Assembly: GCA_963733055.1 (NCBI GenBank)
Contig: CAVTBR010000001.1
Coordinates: 160,001-224,000 of the forward strand
Direction of reading: 5' to 3'
Source: Candidatus Bathyarchaeota archaeon
Lineage (GTDB): Archaea; Thermoproteota; Bathyarchaeia; 40CM-2-53-6
DNA length: 64,000 nt
Positions 39,461-48,889 of this stretch are shown one piece after another. The position numbers and the translations under genes are program-made. A model generated the notes under the pieces. That model made no database searches. It was not told the DNA's origin and worked only from the letters and a program-made list of their open reading frames with translations. The number at the start of each line of letters is the position of its first letter. Positions within the stretch are counted from its first letter, which is position 1.

Positions 39461-41083
39461 TTATTCGGGTGGAATTTCTTTGTAGATCAGAGCGAGGTCG
39501 ATGCCCTCTCTCTTTTTCACCGACTTTAACAACGGGTAAACGAGCAATCCAACAATATACAGAACTACGATAACCATCAGTGAGAGCGTGTTGTTCTGCG
39601 GAGAGATTCCCGCATAGCCTGGGTTTGTGGCGACAACGTAGTCAATGTAGATCACCGACAAAGAACCTAAGATTCCGAAAAGCGTCATTAATGGTAGCGG
39701 TCCAAGTTTTGCCTTAACATAGCGGGGCTGCGCGTTGAACTGGTCTTTCCGGAGGAACGGAAATGCGGCAGCAATTAGGGGCGGAATTATCCAGATACTA
39801 TTGAAGGCTGTGGTGAAATTCGTGTAACTGAACGCGGGCGAAAATGAGTAGATGGCTAGGACAATGAACGAAAGCCCTGTTATTAATAAAATGGCTTTGA
39901 CTGGCGTCGCAGTTCTAGGATTGACATCAGAGAGAGAGGATGGGATTAAGCGATCGAAGCTCCAAGCAAATATGTTTCGCGTCACATACACGAACCAAAC
40001 CGCGACCAGCAGGTAGCCCCACAGGATGACTCCAAAGAACGTCAGCCAGATAACCACAGGACTAGTGTTTGCCAAGCTTACGAGAAACGGAAGACTCGGG
40101 ACGCTCGGCAGCGTGTAGGAAGAGGTGTTGAACGCAAGGTAGCTGACCGCCGCCAACCAATTCTGGCCCACCATATTGAACAGCAAGTAACCAAGAAGAA
40201 CCACTACTACGGCGACCAGGCCGAGGGCGGCCAGAGAGACCGCCACGACGGTTTTGCTAACGTTCTTGATTTCTCCTCCGACAAAATTGAGGCTATTCGC
40301 TCCGGTCATGGTGAAGTATACCACCGGCAATGATAGAATCGTGGATTGAAACATAGCCATCGTCCCGGTAGGGATCGAGAAGCCAGCTTTGTTGGCCTGT
40401 GTGACGAGGAGCGTGTAACTGTCTGTTGAGTTAGTGTAAGGGTGAGCAAAGGAGTTGAAGGAACTTACAAAACTCGAGTTGGGCGTGGTTGCCAAAACAG
40501 CTATCCAAACAAATACTGCGACCATTCCAACGATAAACGCGAAGCTGTTCACTCTCTTTAACCATCCGCGGCCGAGAATAATCACCGCTGCCGAAAATAC
40601 CGTAATGATGAATCCGACAATGAACCCATACATTGGTGTACTCGCTTGCGCCGCTAACGAGATCAAGGCCTGGTTGTTTGTTGCGTAGCCCGCGGCGGCT
40701 GCCGCGCCTGACAGCGCGAGGGTCCCCGCGAAATATGCGTTGAACGCTATCCCCAGGACTCCGACCGCGGTGAAGAAGAAATTGTTCGCGAAACCTAGGG
40801 AGGGTGAGAGCGTTCGGCTAATGAAGACATAGTCGCCGCCCGACCGGGGCATGGCAACCGTCATCTGAGTATAGACTACTACAACGCACAAATTCATCAA
40901 AGTACAGATGAGAAAACTCAGGCCAAGATTGAATGCTGGGGCAAAGGCGAGAGTCGAAGAGAATACGAGGTAAACGCCCGACCCTATGTTGATGAAACCC
41001 AGTACAAGCACGAAGGCATCCCAACCGCTAAAACCCCTAACTAAGCCGGTTGCGTCCCTAAGAAAGACACGTTTACTCGTCAT
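39461..41083 (-). CDS. APC family permease
   Basis: VFLRDATGLVR, PRSGGDYVF, RNIFAWSFDR, ends IPPE. Confidence 0.9.
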   Translation of the reverse strand: MTSKRVFLRDATGLVRGFSGWDAFVLVLGFINIGSGVYLVFSSTLAFAPAFNLGLSFLICTLMNLCVVVVYTQMTVAMPRSGGDYVFISRTLSPSLGFANNFFFTAVGVLGIAFNAYFAGTLALSGAAAAAGYATNNQALISLAAQASTPMYGFIVGFIITVFSAAVIILGRGWLKRVNSFAFIVGMVAVFVWIAVLATTPNSSFVSSFNSFAHPYTNSTDSYTLLVTQANKAGFSIPTGTMAMFQSTILSLPVVYFTMTGANSLNFVGGEIKNVSKTVVAVSLAALGLVAVVVVLLGYLLFNMVGQNWLAAVSYLAFNTSSYTLPSVPSLPFLVSLANTSPVVIWLTFFGVILWGYLLVAVWFVYVTRNIFAWSFDRLIPSSLSDVNPRTATPVKAILLITGLSFIVLAIYSFSPAFSYTNFTTAFNSIWIIPPLIAAAFPFLRKDQFNAQPRYVKAKLGPLPLMTLFGILGSLSVIYIDYVVATNPGYAGISPQNNTLSLMVIVVLYIVGLLVYPLLKSVKKREGIDLALIYKEIPPE

Positions 41084-41292
41084 ACTTCCGAGGGTTTCCG
41101 TGAATTTTGTATTAAAGACTTATGTCATATCATTTATGGGTCTGAATCGCGGAGCCAGCAGAACGCCTCATAATCAAAGACATCACAGATTCGGAAATAT
41201 TTTGTTGTCCGTATGACGAAATAACTGGGCCACCCGAAACACCCACCGCCTAGTAGGGTAAGGAATACAAATATACTCTGACCTCGCCAGCG

Positions 41293-42603
41293 TTGGCGGT
41301 AAGTCGGATGGCCTTATCCCACCTAGCTAAGTCGAGGCAGATCTTCGAATATGCGAAACGCTACATTCCAGGCGGAGTCAACACATCTCTCAGAGCGATC
41401 GGTATACCGTTTGCGTTTACGCGAGCCAAGGGATCTAGGTTATGGGATGCTGACGGAAATGAATATGTTGACTACCACGCTGCGTTTGGGCCGCAAATTC
41501 TCGGCCACTGCCATCCGAAGGTGGATGTGTGCGTCATCGAAACTCTGCAGAACCTGGACCTTGTAGGATTGGGTACGACGGAGGACGAAGCCAAGCTAGC
41601 CGAGATGATTTGCCGGCACGTACCTTCCTCCAAGAAGGTTCTCTTCTGTAACTCGGGTTCCGAGGCTACGTACACGGCTATCAGGTTAGCGCGGGCAACC
41701 ACAAAAAGAACAGAATTGATCAAGTTCCAAGGATGTTACCATGGCTGGCATGACTCCGTCCTATTGAACTACGCTAGCAAGAAATCAATGCTAAATCGTA
41801 GGGATCCGCAATCTGCTGGAATGATTGAGGAGGTTGTCAACAAAACCCACCCCCTCCCATACAACAACCTGGCCGCAGTGAAGCGCAAAATTCGCGAAAG
41901 GAAAAAGAAGATTGCGGCAATCATACTCGAAGCTATACCGCACAACATCGGTTGCGTAATGCCGAAGATTGAATTTCTGAAGGGACTCCGCGAGGTTACG
42001 GAGGATAATGGCATCGTACTGATCTTCGACGAAGTAATCACTGGGTTTCGTCACAGCTTAGGTGGATACCAGAAGATATGCGGAGTTACGCCTGACTTGA
42101 CAACCCTCGGAAAGAGCATTGCTAACGGGTACCCGTTGGCTGCGATTTGCGGTAGGGAGGATCTAATGAATAGGTTCAAGACTGCTGGAGGTGACGTATT
42201 CTTCGCGGGCACATACAACGGCCACCCACTCTCAACATCTGCTGGCGTCGCCACCCTCCAAGAACTAGAGAGCGGCTCAGTGTACGAACATGTCTTCGCA
42301 ATGGGCGACCAGATGAGGAAGGGTATGCAAGAAATATGCCAAAGCCTCGGTTTGACGGCCTACCCAACCGGGTTCGGATCGGTCTTCGTCACCTATTTCA
42401 TGAAGCCGCCCGTCGAGAACTATGCGGATCTTCTGAGAAACGACGGCAAGTTCGACGAAACCTTCCGACGCAAAATGGTTGAACGCGGCCATCTCATAAT
42501 CCCATCGAGCCTAAAACGCGGCGTCATCAGCGGAAGCCACACAGAGCAAGACATTAGGAATACGCTAGAGGCGGCTAAGCAAAGCCTCACTGAGAGTATG
42601 TAG
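41293..42603 (+). CDS. Class III aminotransferase, glutamate-1-semialdehyde aminomutase-like
   Basis: IPGGVN, NSGSEAT, GCYHGWHD, FDEVITGFR, GKSIANG, AGTYNGHP. Confidence 0.88.
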   Translation: MAVSRMALSHLAKSRQIFEYAKRYIPGGVNTSLRAIGIPFAFTRAKGSRLWDADGNEYVDYHAAFGPQILGHCHPKVDVCVIETLQNLDLVGLGTTEDEAKLAEMICRHVPSSKKVLFCNSGSEATYTAIRLARATTKRTELIKFQGCYHGWHDSVLLNYASKKSMLNRRDPQSAGMIEEVVNKTHPLPYNNLAAVKRKIRERKKKIAAIILEAIPHNIGCVMPKIEFLKGLREVTEDNGIVLIFDEVITGFRHSLGGYQKICGVTPDLTTLGKSIANGYPLAAICGREDLMNRFKTAGGDVFFAGTYNGHPLSTSAGVATLQELESGSVYEHVFAMGDQMRKGMQEICQSLGLTAYPTGFGSVFVTYFMKPPVENYADLLRNDGKFDETFRRKMVERGHLIIPSSLKRGVISGSHTEQDIRNTLEAAKQSLTESM

Positions 42604-42678
42604 AACTCTGAACTTGAAGGAGCGACAAGAGATCAACTCGAGATATTTGCAGTCTTAGATTATTTTCTGAAATCAAGA

Positions 42679-43629
42679 GTGGTAAAAATGAAACCGGCTG
42701 AGACTATGTCGAAAGAGGAATTTGATAGACTCTTCAAGAAGATTAGCAACTGGGGACGGTGGGGACCCGACGACGAGCGCGGGACTCTGAACTACATAAC
42801 CCCATCGCACATACGCGCCGCGGCAGCACTCGTACGATCCGGACGCTCAGTTTCGCTTACCATTCCAATCAACAAAGTCGCTGGCCCAGACAATCCGAAT
42901 CCTGCAGTACATCTCATGACACTAACCTATGACACACCGCTATCGCACGGGGAACCGCAGTTCTCGATGGACTATTTGGCCTGCGCATGCCACGGTGATT
43001 CCCACACTCACATTGATGCGCTCTGTCACATAGGCTACAAGGGACAGCTCTACAACGGCAAACCAATGAGTGCGGTAAGCTCCCAGGGGGCGAGCCTAAT
43101 GGACATCACCGCTTACGCAAATGGGATTGTAGGGCGCGGAGTGCTTTTGGACATTCCGCGTTTGAAGGGTACGAAATGGCTCGAACCCGGAGAAGCTGTT
43201 ACGACTGAAGAACTTGAGGCTGCTGAGAAGGCGGAGGGCGTGAAGCTTGGGGAGGGAGACATTTTCGTATTTCGCACCGGACATCACAGGCGCCGTTTGG
43301 AGCTTGGCTCTTGGAATTGTGGATATGATGGGGAAGGAAAAGCAGGGCTTGACCCAAGCACAATGGAGCTTCTCTCTGAGCGTAAGGTGGCCGCATTCTT
43401 GCCCGACGGGGACGGAGAGGTTGTTCCAAGTTGCGTTGACGGCGTCGGTTATCCAATTCACGCATTGCAAATCGCTTCGATGGGTATGGCATGCGCGGAT
43501 AGCCTGCAGTTCGAGGATCTAGTCAAAGTGTGCGAGGAGGAGAAGAGGTGGGAATTCATGATTGTAGCGGCGCCGTTACGGCTGCCGAAGGGAACGGGAT
43601 CACTCTTCAATCCAATCGCAATATTCTAG
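42679..43629 (+). CDS. Cyclase family (kynurenine formamidase-like) metallohydrolase
   Basis: NWGRWGPDDERGTLN, HGDSHTHIDAL, GRGVLLD, GTGSLFNPIAIF. Confidence 0.88.
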   Translation: MVKMKPAETMSKEEFDRLFKKISNWGRWGPDDERGTLNYITPSHIRAAAALVRSGRSVSLTIPINKVAGPDNPNPAVHLMTLTYDTPLSHGEPQFSMDYLACACHGDSHTHIDALCHIGYKGQLYNGKPMSAVSSQGASLMDITAYANGIVGRGVLLDIPRLKGTKWLEPGEAVTTEELEAAEKAEGVKLGEGDIFVFRTGHHRRRLELGSWNCGYDGEGKAGLDPSTMELLSERKVAAFLPDGDGEVVPSCVDGVGYPIHALQIASMGMACADSLQFEDLVKVCEEEKRWEFMIVAAPLRLPKGTGSLFNPIAIF

Positions 43630-43772
43630 CATCGACTTGCCCTCATCGAAGTCTAGACTAACCAACCCGAATGAAGTCTGGATATGCTCTCGAATCCTGC
43701 GAAACCTGTTTTGGTTTAGAGCCGAAACGCATAAGATTTGAGGAAACTTGCCGCTGGTCTGCGTGACTAAGT

Positions 43773-44759
43773 TTGGCGAAGATGGAGATTTCGGTAAATC
43801 TCGGGGAAAATGATTATGACCCGCAGGAATTTGTTGATGCGGCAGTTTATGCTGATCGATTAGGTTTCCGAACCGTTTGGTTTGGAGATCACATCTTTCC
43901 TTGGTATCACTCTGGTAAGCGGTCCTCTTTTTGCTGGTCGATGATGAGCGTGGCATTAGAAAAAACTAGAAACATCAAGGTAGGCCCATGGGTTACCGTG
44001 CCCACGGGAGCAAGGTATCATCCCGCAATAATCGCTCAGGCAGCAGCAACTCTAGACAACATGTACCCGGGTAGACTGATGCTTGGAGTAGGCACTGGTG
44101 AGGCGCTAAATGAAAGACCATTCTGGAACGGAAAATGGCCGACATGGGAAGAAAGAAAGGACAGACTCGTGGAAGGACTTAGACTAATCAAACAACTATG
44201 GAAATCCCCAGAACCCTTCAAGTTTGAAGGCAAATACTTCTCATCTGATTTCTATTACCTCTACACGAAACCAGCACGGAAGATTCCAATCTATTTCTCA
44301 GCAATAGGGAAGAAGGCGGCTCATGAAGCCGGCGTGCACGCAGACGGCCTGATTTCGATAAGTCCGAGAAATGACACCAAGAAACTTGTCGATACCATTC
44401 TTCCAGCATACAAAGAAGGAAGACAACAAGCCAACAAAGAAGGATTGGGAAAGGTAGCGGTTGAACTTGTCTTCAGCTTCGATGAACCAAATGAATTGAT
44501 CAAGAACACGTGGAGAACGCTTGGCATCTGCCGCAAAGACTCGTGGAGCATTCCAACCCCTGTTGCCGTAGAGGAAGAAGGAAGGAAAGTGACCGAGGAG
44601 GATTTGAGAAGAAACATGCACTTCTGCAAGAACTGGAAAGAAGTAGTCAAGGTAATCGAAGAGTACAAGAAAGCAGGTGTGAACGAAGTAACCACCTACA
44701 CGGGTTGCAACAAGAAGCTGATCCATGCATTTGCAAAGAACGTCCACGATGTCTTCTAA
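43773..44759 (+). CDS. LLM-class F420-dependent oxidoreductase (FGD-like)
   Basis: GDHIFPW, RYHPAIIAQAAATL, LGVGTGEALNE. Confidence 0.88.
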   Translation: MAKMEISVNLGENDYDPQEFVDAAVYADRLGFRTVWFGDHIFPWYHSGKRSSFCWSMMSVALEKTRNIKVGPWVTVPTGARYHPAIIAQAAATLDNMYPGRLMLGVGTGEALNERPFWNGKWPTWEERKDRLVEGLRLIKQLWKSPEPFKFEGKYFSSDFYYLYTKPARKIPIYFSAIGKKAAHEAGVHADGLISISPRNDTKKLVDTILPAYKEGRQQANKEGLGKVAVELVFSFDEPNELIKNTWRTLGICRKDSWSIPTPVAVEEEGRKVTEEDLRRNMHFCKNWKEVVKVIEEYKKAGVNEVTTYTGCNKKLIHAFAKNVHDVF

Positions 44760-44833
44760 CCGTCCAGATAGTCACCGTTAGAATCTGGTGGCCGACACTG
44801 AGTCTGATCGGAATCGACCCTCAATATTTTCAA

Positions 44834-44852
44834 TGGTGCGGGGGAGGGGATT
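44834..44852 (-). repeat. 19-bp direct repeat of the tRNA-Leu 3' end (att-like)
   Basis: tggtgcgggggaggggatt identical at 44834-44852 and 51216-51234. Confidence 0.85.
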
Positions 44853-44886
44853 TCAGCCCCAATTTACTAGTAACTGCTAGCGAACC

Positions 44887-44913
44887 TGGTGGGTGCAGAC
44901 AGGAATTGAACCC
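44887..44913 (-). repeat. Degenerate tRNA 3'-end-like sequence
   Basis: tggtgggtgcagacaggaattgaaccc is the reverse complement of T-loop + acceptor strand + ACCA. Confidence 0.5.
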
Positions 44914-44951
44914 AATAGGGCTCCAAAGAAGATATGGAAATCAGGGCATAA

Positions 44952-45689
44952 TCACTTCTTTACGATCAAGAGGCGAACACCGGGGTTGCCTTCAATACCT
45001 GATTTGAATTTGTCTACATCACGAATGAAACCAAGGTCGTAAACGACGAAAGTCATTCTTGCGTATCTGGTTTGATAGGCTGGAATGTCAGCATTGATCT
45101 CATCGACTATCGCTTTCTCCTTAGCCGCAGACTTACAGAGCTTGGCTTCCACGGCCAAATTGAGACTCTCAAATGTGAAATCTGGGATGAACAGTTTGGA
45201 TGAATATTCAATCGTCACCTTTTCACGCCTGTAGTCTAAGCCTCTAGCGTTGAAGATGATTTCCATCGCGTCCTGAACATCACTTTCGTCGTCCGGGTCG
45301 TTGAACATGGACGGTCGCAGCTTGGCAAGGATGAGATCTGCGATCGCGTCGGATTCCCTCTCTACAGCCCCGAGTTTACCCTGCACATAAGCTGCAAGCG
45401 CGCCCAATCTAGCGGAGGCAAGTTCGGAGTATGTTCTCCATAGACTGCCGACTGCGTCAGCAGGGTTCATTTGCTTTCCAATGTCAATGGGTTGGAACAG
45501 AGCCTCGGCTTCCTCTCCGAATTGCTCAAGGACGTATGGGAGCAATCGATTATACTCGTTGATGTACACCGGGTAACCTGCATAAGCCTCGAAAAAGGAC
45601 ACTTCGGTCTTCGGGACATTCGCTTCCAAGGGTCGTCTAGCACCTTCGGCAGCAGCCCTAATCATATTGTACAGTATCTGAATTTCCAC
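44952..45689 (-). CDS. PD-(D/E)XK nuclease, DpnII/MboI-like restriction endonuclease domain
   Basis: ESDVQD...PDFTF...AVEAK...DIPAY...FVVYD. Confidence 0.7.
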   Translation of the reverse strand: MEIQILYNMIRAAAEGARRPLEANVPKTEVSFFEAYAGYPVYINEYNRLLPYVLEQFGEEAEALFQPIDIGKQMNPADAVGSLWRTYSELASARLGALAAYVQGKLGAVERESDAIADLILAKLRPSMFNDPDDESDVQDAMEIIFNARGLDYRREKVTIEYSSKLFIPDFTFESLNLAVEAKLCKSAAKEKAIVDEINADIPAYQTRYARMTFVVYDLGFIRDVDKFKSGIEGNPGVRLLIVKK

Positions 45690-45776
45690 GAGTCCTCATT
45701 TAGTCGGGCTGAGTTCCGGGAGTCAATAAGGCTTGTGACAGGATCTGACACCCCAAGAGAAGGACTCGGCCTTTAC

Positions 45777-45803
45777 TAGGGTCGTTCCGGAGGGACTTGA
45801 ACC
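45777..45803 (-). repeat. Degenerate tRNA 3'-end-like sequence
   Basis: tagggtcgttccggagggacttgaacc; resembles 48856-48883 and the tRNA T-arm. Confidence 0.5.
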
Positions 45804-45868
45804 TGATAAGGTGCAGGCCATGTTTCTGGCAATCTCGGTGCTTGATGTCTTGTAATATGGAATAGTTC

Positions 45869-46741
45869 TCAGACGATCTTCTCGGGAGGGGTTGTTAGAT
45901 TGTTGAAGAAAAGCCACAAGTTGACAACAACTCTCATGGCCTCTCCAAGAGTGCGGATTGCCTCATAGAGGCCAGCAACATCGTCAAATCTGAAGCTCTT
46001 ATCGAATGTAATCGCACCTTTTTCTTTTCCCCTCTCGATAACGTCGATGAACCGCATCATTTTCTTCTTCTCGTCATAGGTGAATCTGGCATGTGCTATT
46101 GCGTTCCTCACATGATGACCGTGTGTCCAAATGGCAATTATCGTCGGTGAATGGAAGCGAAGGGCTGAGTACAACCGGTCGATCGGTTCGTACTTCAGAA
46201 GATCCGGATCGGCAACTATGCCTGTCGAAATGAACTCGCGGACACAGTAAACAAGTCTGACCAATTCGTCGTAGTAACCCTCCATTGCGATCATGAAGGC
46301 GAAGCATAACACGTAGTAGCGAGGAAGATCCTCTAAATCTTTAATCACTTCGTGGAGACGGTTGAGTTTACCGTCTGTCTCCGACAACTCTTCAGGCATG
46401 ATTTTCATGAGCAAGTTAGTAATCTCGTGGCGATTCGCCTTGTACGATAACCTTGCGAAGAGATTGTCCACCTCCCCGAAAATCCTCACCGATACACGAC
46501 GCAGACGCGGAGCATTTCTGTCACAGAACTCTGGAAGTATCGTGTTGGCTCTAATGTTGTCGAATGTACGAATAAACTCTAGTTGAATTTGTTTGTCGGA
46601 GTGAACTTTTCCCCGACTTCTCTTCCAGTAGGACAACAGCTCCTTCAAGTCGCTCACTGTCGCGAAATAGGACCATCGTTCAAACAAGGAGAGCAGGTCC
46701 TCAGATTGTTTCTCAATACTTGGAAGATCCATGCATAACAC
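45869..46741 (-). CDS. Helical protein with HEPN-like RxxxxH motif
   Basis: VRNAIAH in an alpha-helical ORF. Confidence 0.6.
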   Translation of the reverse strand: MLCMDLPSIEKQSEDLLSLFERWSYFATVSDLKELLSYWKRSRGKVHSDKQIQLEFIRTFDNIRANTILPEFCDRNAPRLRRVSVRIFGEVDNLFARLSYKANRHEITNLLMKIMPEELSETDGKLNRLHEVIKDLEDLPRYYVLCFAFMIAMEGYYDELVRLVYCVREFISTGIVADPDLLKYEPIDRLYSALRFHSPTIIAIWTHGHHVRNAIAHARFTYDEKKKMMRFIDVIERGKEKGAITFDKSFRFDDVAGLYEAIRTLGEAMRVVVNLWLFFNNLTTPPEKIV

Positions 46742-46753
46742 CGAATTCGAAGG

Positions 46754-47278
46754 CTAAATTGCACTCAATTCGAGCAGCCCTGTTTTGGGGTGAGCCAATA
46801 TGATTTGTATTTCCTTGTACAAGTTGTCTCGTTGACTGATGATCCGGTCTAGCTTGGTGCGGTGAGGCGGTCTGGCTCCGCCACTTAGATGATTAATTTC
46901 ATCAAATAACAACTCGTACCTCTCCTTGGTAAGGGTCTTCATCTTTGCGAGTTTTGGAAGATCTCTATGGAGTACTTCGTGAACGTGGGCCTGACATTGT
47001 TGGAAATCGAACCCTCTAACGAAGCATTTGATTTCACAAACGCACTCGGGCTCTACAGAAGGCCTGTGTCCAGCTCTCTCTGGTCCGATTACGAAATCGT
47101 ACTTGATCTGGTCGGGTTGACCCGTAACTCTTGCTTGGATATGCACTTTGGAAGGGGAAATCGTTGCTAAAGACAAGTGGTAAAGATATGACTGCCAGTC
47201 CGCCTCCATAATCGGGACAAAATCGCGTCTGTTATAATCATCTAGAAGAAGCCTGACAGCATCTGGTACCGAGAACAA
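46754..47278 (-). CDS. Small PD-(D/E)XK-like nuclease
   Basis: EADWQ...YDFVI...VCEIK; 12 nt upstream of the HEPN-like gene. Confidence 0.6.
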   Translation of the reverse strand: MFSVPDAVRLLLDDYNRRDFVPIMEADWQSYLYHLSLATISPSKVHIQARVTGQPDQIKYDFVIGPERAGHRPSVEPECVCEIKCFVRGFDFQQCQAHVHEVLHRDLPKLAKMKTLTKERYELLFDEINHLSGGARPPHRTKLDRIISQRDNLYKEIQIILAHPKTGLLELSAI

Positions 47279-47343
47279 ATCACTCGTGAACTCTAAGTGC
47301 TGCTAAAGTATATCATATTTCGGGGTCAATTTTCGTTCATATA

Positions 47344-47363
47344 TGCGCAGGAGGATTTCAACC
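47344..47363 (-). repeat. Weak degenerate tRNA 3'-end-like sequence
   Basis: tgcgcaggaggatttcaacc; shares the gatttca variant with the 44834 copy. Confidence 0.35.
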
Positions 47364-47502
47364 GCGAGTTACCGGTAATCATATTCTCCGTAACGGAAAC
47401 CGTATAGGACTGAACCTAGAACAATTGCACAGACATAGATTGAGTTGCCGTACGTCTCTGAAAAATGCCAGGTCATGTAACTCTGCAACCGTTAAAGGCA
47501 AA

Positions 47503-48072
47503 ATGGAGCTTCAAGCTATTGCAAAGTTCTATGCCAATGATATTCGACCTCGAGCCTATGATGAACTCAATTGGTTTAGGGAACAGCCGACATTGAGCGC
47601 TAACATCCGCGCTGCCGCACTTGCAACCAACAGCAACGGCAAAAGGTATCCACACCAGCGGCGGCTACGCAAGACTACCCTTCAGCAAGCCTGCGATTCT
47701 CTTTTAGCGAATGAAAGGAAAATAAGAAAATGCGAAGACTTCGACGACCTGCATGCCCTTCTTGACAGACTGCTTAACCCGATCAAAGGCATTGGGGAGT
47801 TGTACATCTATGACTTGTCGTTGCGGATAGGTGCAAAGCTTGGTTTCCTGCCGACTAAGGTCTATTTGCATGCCGGAACACGGCTTGGGGCACGGGCGCT
47901 AGACTTCGATCGTCGAAGAAAGACGCTGGAGGTCTCAGAATTGCCCCTAGGGTTGCGACAACTTGAGCCACATGAAATCGAAGACGTCTTGTGTATCTTC
48001 AAGAATTCGCTGATTGAGGCTAAGACGAGTACGCAAATACATGAAGCGATCAAGCGGAGTTGGTGCAACTAA
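47503..48072 (+). CDS. Helix-hairpin-helix protein, possibly DNA glycosylase or amino acid:DNA transferase related
   Basis: IKGIGELYIYD HhH motif; VYLHAGTRLGA; EIEDVLCIFK. Confidence 0.55.
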   Translation: MELQAIAKFYANDIRPRAYDELNWFREQPTLSANIRAAALATNSNGKRYPHQRRLRKTTLQQACDSLLANERKIRKCEDFDDLHALLDRLLNPIKGIGELYIYDLSLRIGAKLGFLPTKVYLHAGTRLGARALDFDRRRKTLEVSELPLGLRQLEPHEIEDVLCIFKNSLIEAKTSTQIHEAIKRSWCN

Positions 48073-48100
48073 CCGAAGCACCCCACCTCCGATCAAACGT

Positions 48101-48739
48101 CTAAACGAAACAATTCACGAATTCACGCCATTGACCGGGAACAATCTCTTGGGTTCGTGATTCAGCGAGACAGAATGCCCTGTACTTTGGTTCAAGGGTT
48201 CTCTTCATATCTTCAACGTAACTGATGGATCCACTCTTCGTGGTTTTCCACGTTTCTCTAATGGTCAGATACACGCAGTTTATGTTCGGATAATACCTTC
48301 GCAATGCATCGAAATCGCATAACAACTTCTGAGGATAATCATGTCTCATGTAGCCATGGCTTTTGACTTCAATCACGAAACGCACCTCTTCGTTACGATA
48401 CGCGTTTGTGAAAGCCCTTGGAATAGCGTTTTGGTTTACCAGAAGGAGGTCGAATTCTGTTGGATACCCGTCAATGTATACATTAGGGCCAACTAGTTTC
48501 AAGTTTGATGGCAAACGGTGCTTCAAGAACACCTTTACCACTCTGCACACGAGGTCCCCGTTGAACTTATTCCAACTGTACTTCCTTCCTCCTGAAGTGG
48601 CAGCCCGTTTCTCGGAAGTTCTTATTGTGGATACAATTTCCTGTTGCTCTTGCATTGCCGCAGAGTCGTTCCAATTGGCATCAATATCCATACTGCTATC
48701 CTGCTTGAACACTCCGCGATTGCCGTGGGCGCTTTCCAT
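48101..48739 (-). CDS. PD-(D/E)XK-like nuclease
   Basis: TEFDLLLV...FVIEVKS. Confidence 0.65.
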   Translation of the reverse strand: MESAHGNRGVFKQDSSMDIDANWNDSAAMQEQQEIVSTIRTSEKRAATSGGRKYSWNKFNGDLVCRVVKVFLKHRLPSNLKLVGPNVYIDGYPTEFDLLLVNQNAIPRAFTNAYRNEEVRFVIEVKSHGYMRHDYPQKLLCDFDALRRYYPNINCVYLTIRETWKTTKSGSISYVEDMKRTLEPKYRAFCLAESRTQEIVPGQWREFVNCFV

Positions 48740-48855
48740 GTTTCAAATGGGCATGAGAGCGGAGAATAAATCTTTGGAACAGCCTATTGACAAGGCAACA
48801 CGTACTCGAAATGCTTTAGGAGCTTTCAGCAGCAGTTTTCGGACTTGAACTCATT

Positions 48856-48883
48856 TAGGGTCAGATTCGGAGGGATTCGAACC
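48856..48883 (-). repeat. Degenerate tRNA 3'-end-like sequence
   Basis: tagggtcagattcggagggattcgaacc, containing the canonical GGTTCGAATCCC on the minus strand, 6 nt after the stop of the 48890 gene. Confidence 0.55.
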
Positions 48884-48889
48884 GATTTG

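Noticed and set aside
33542-42603. Calling the two GSA-aminomutase-like genes hemL
   Set aside because: No tetrapyrrole genes nearby; two divergent copies in a catabolic context
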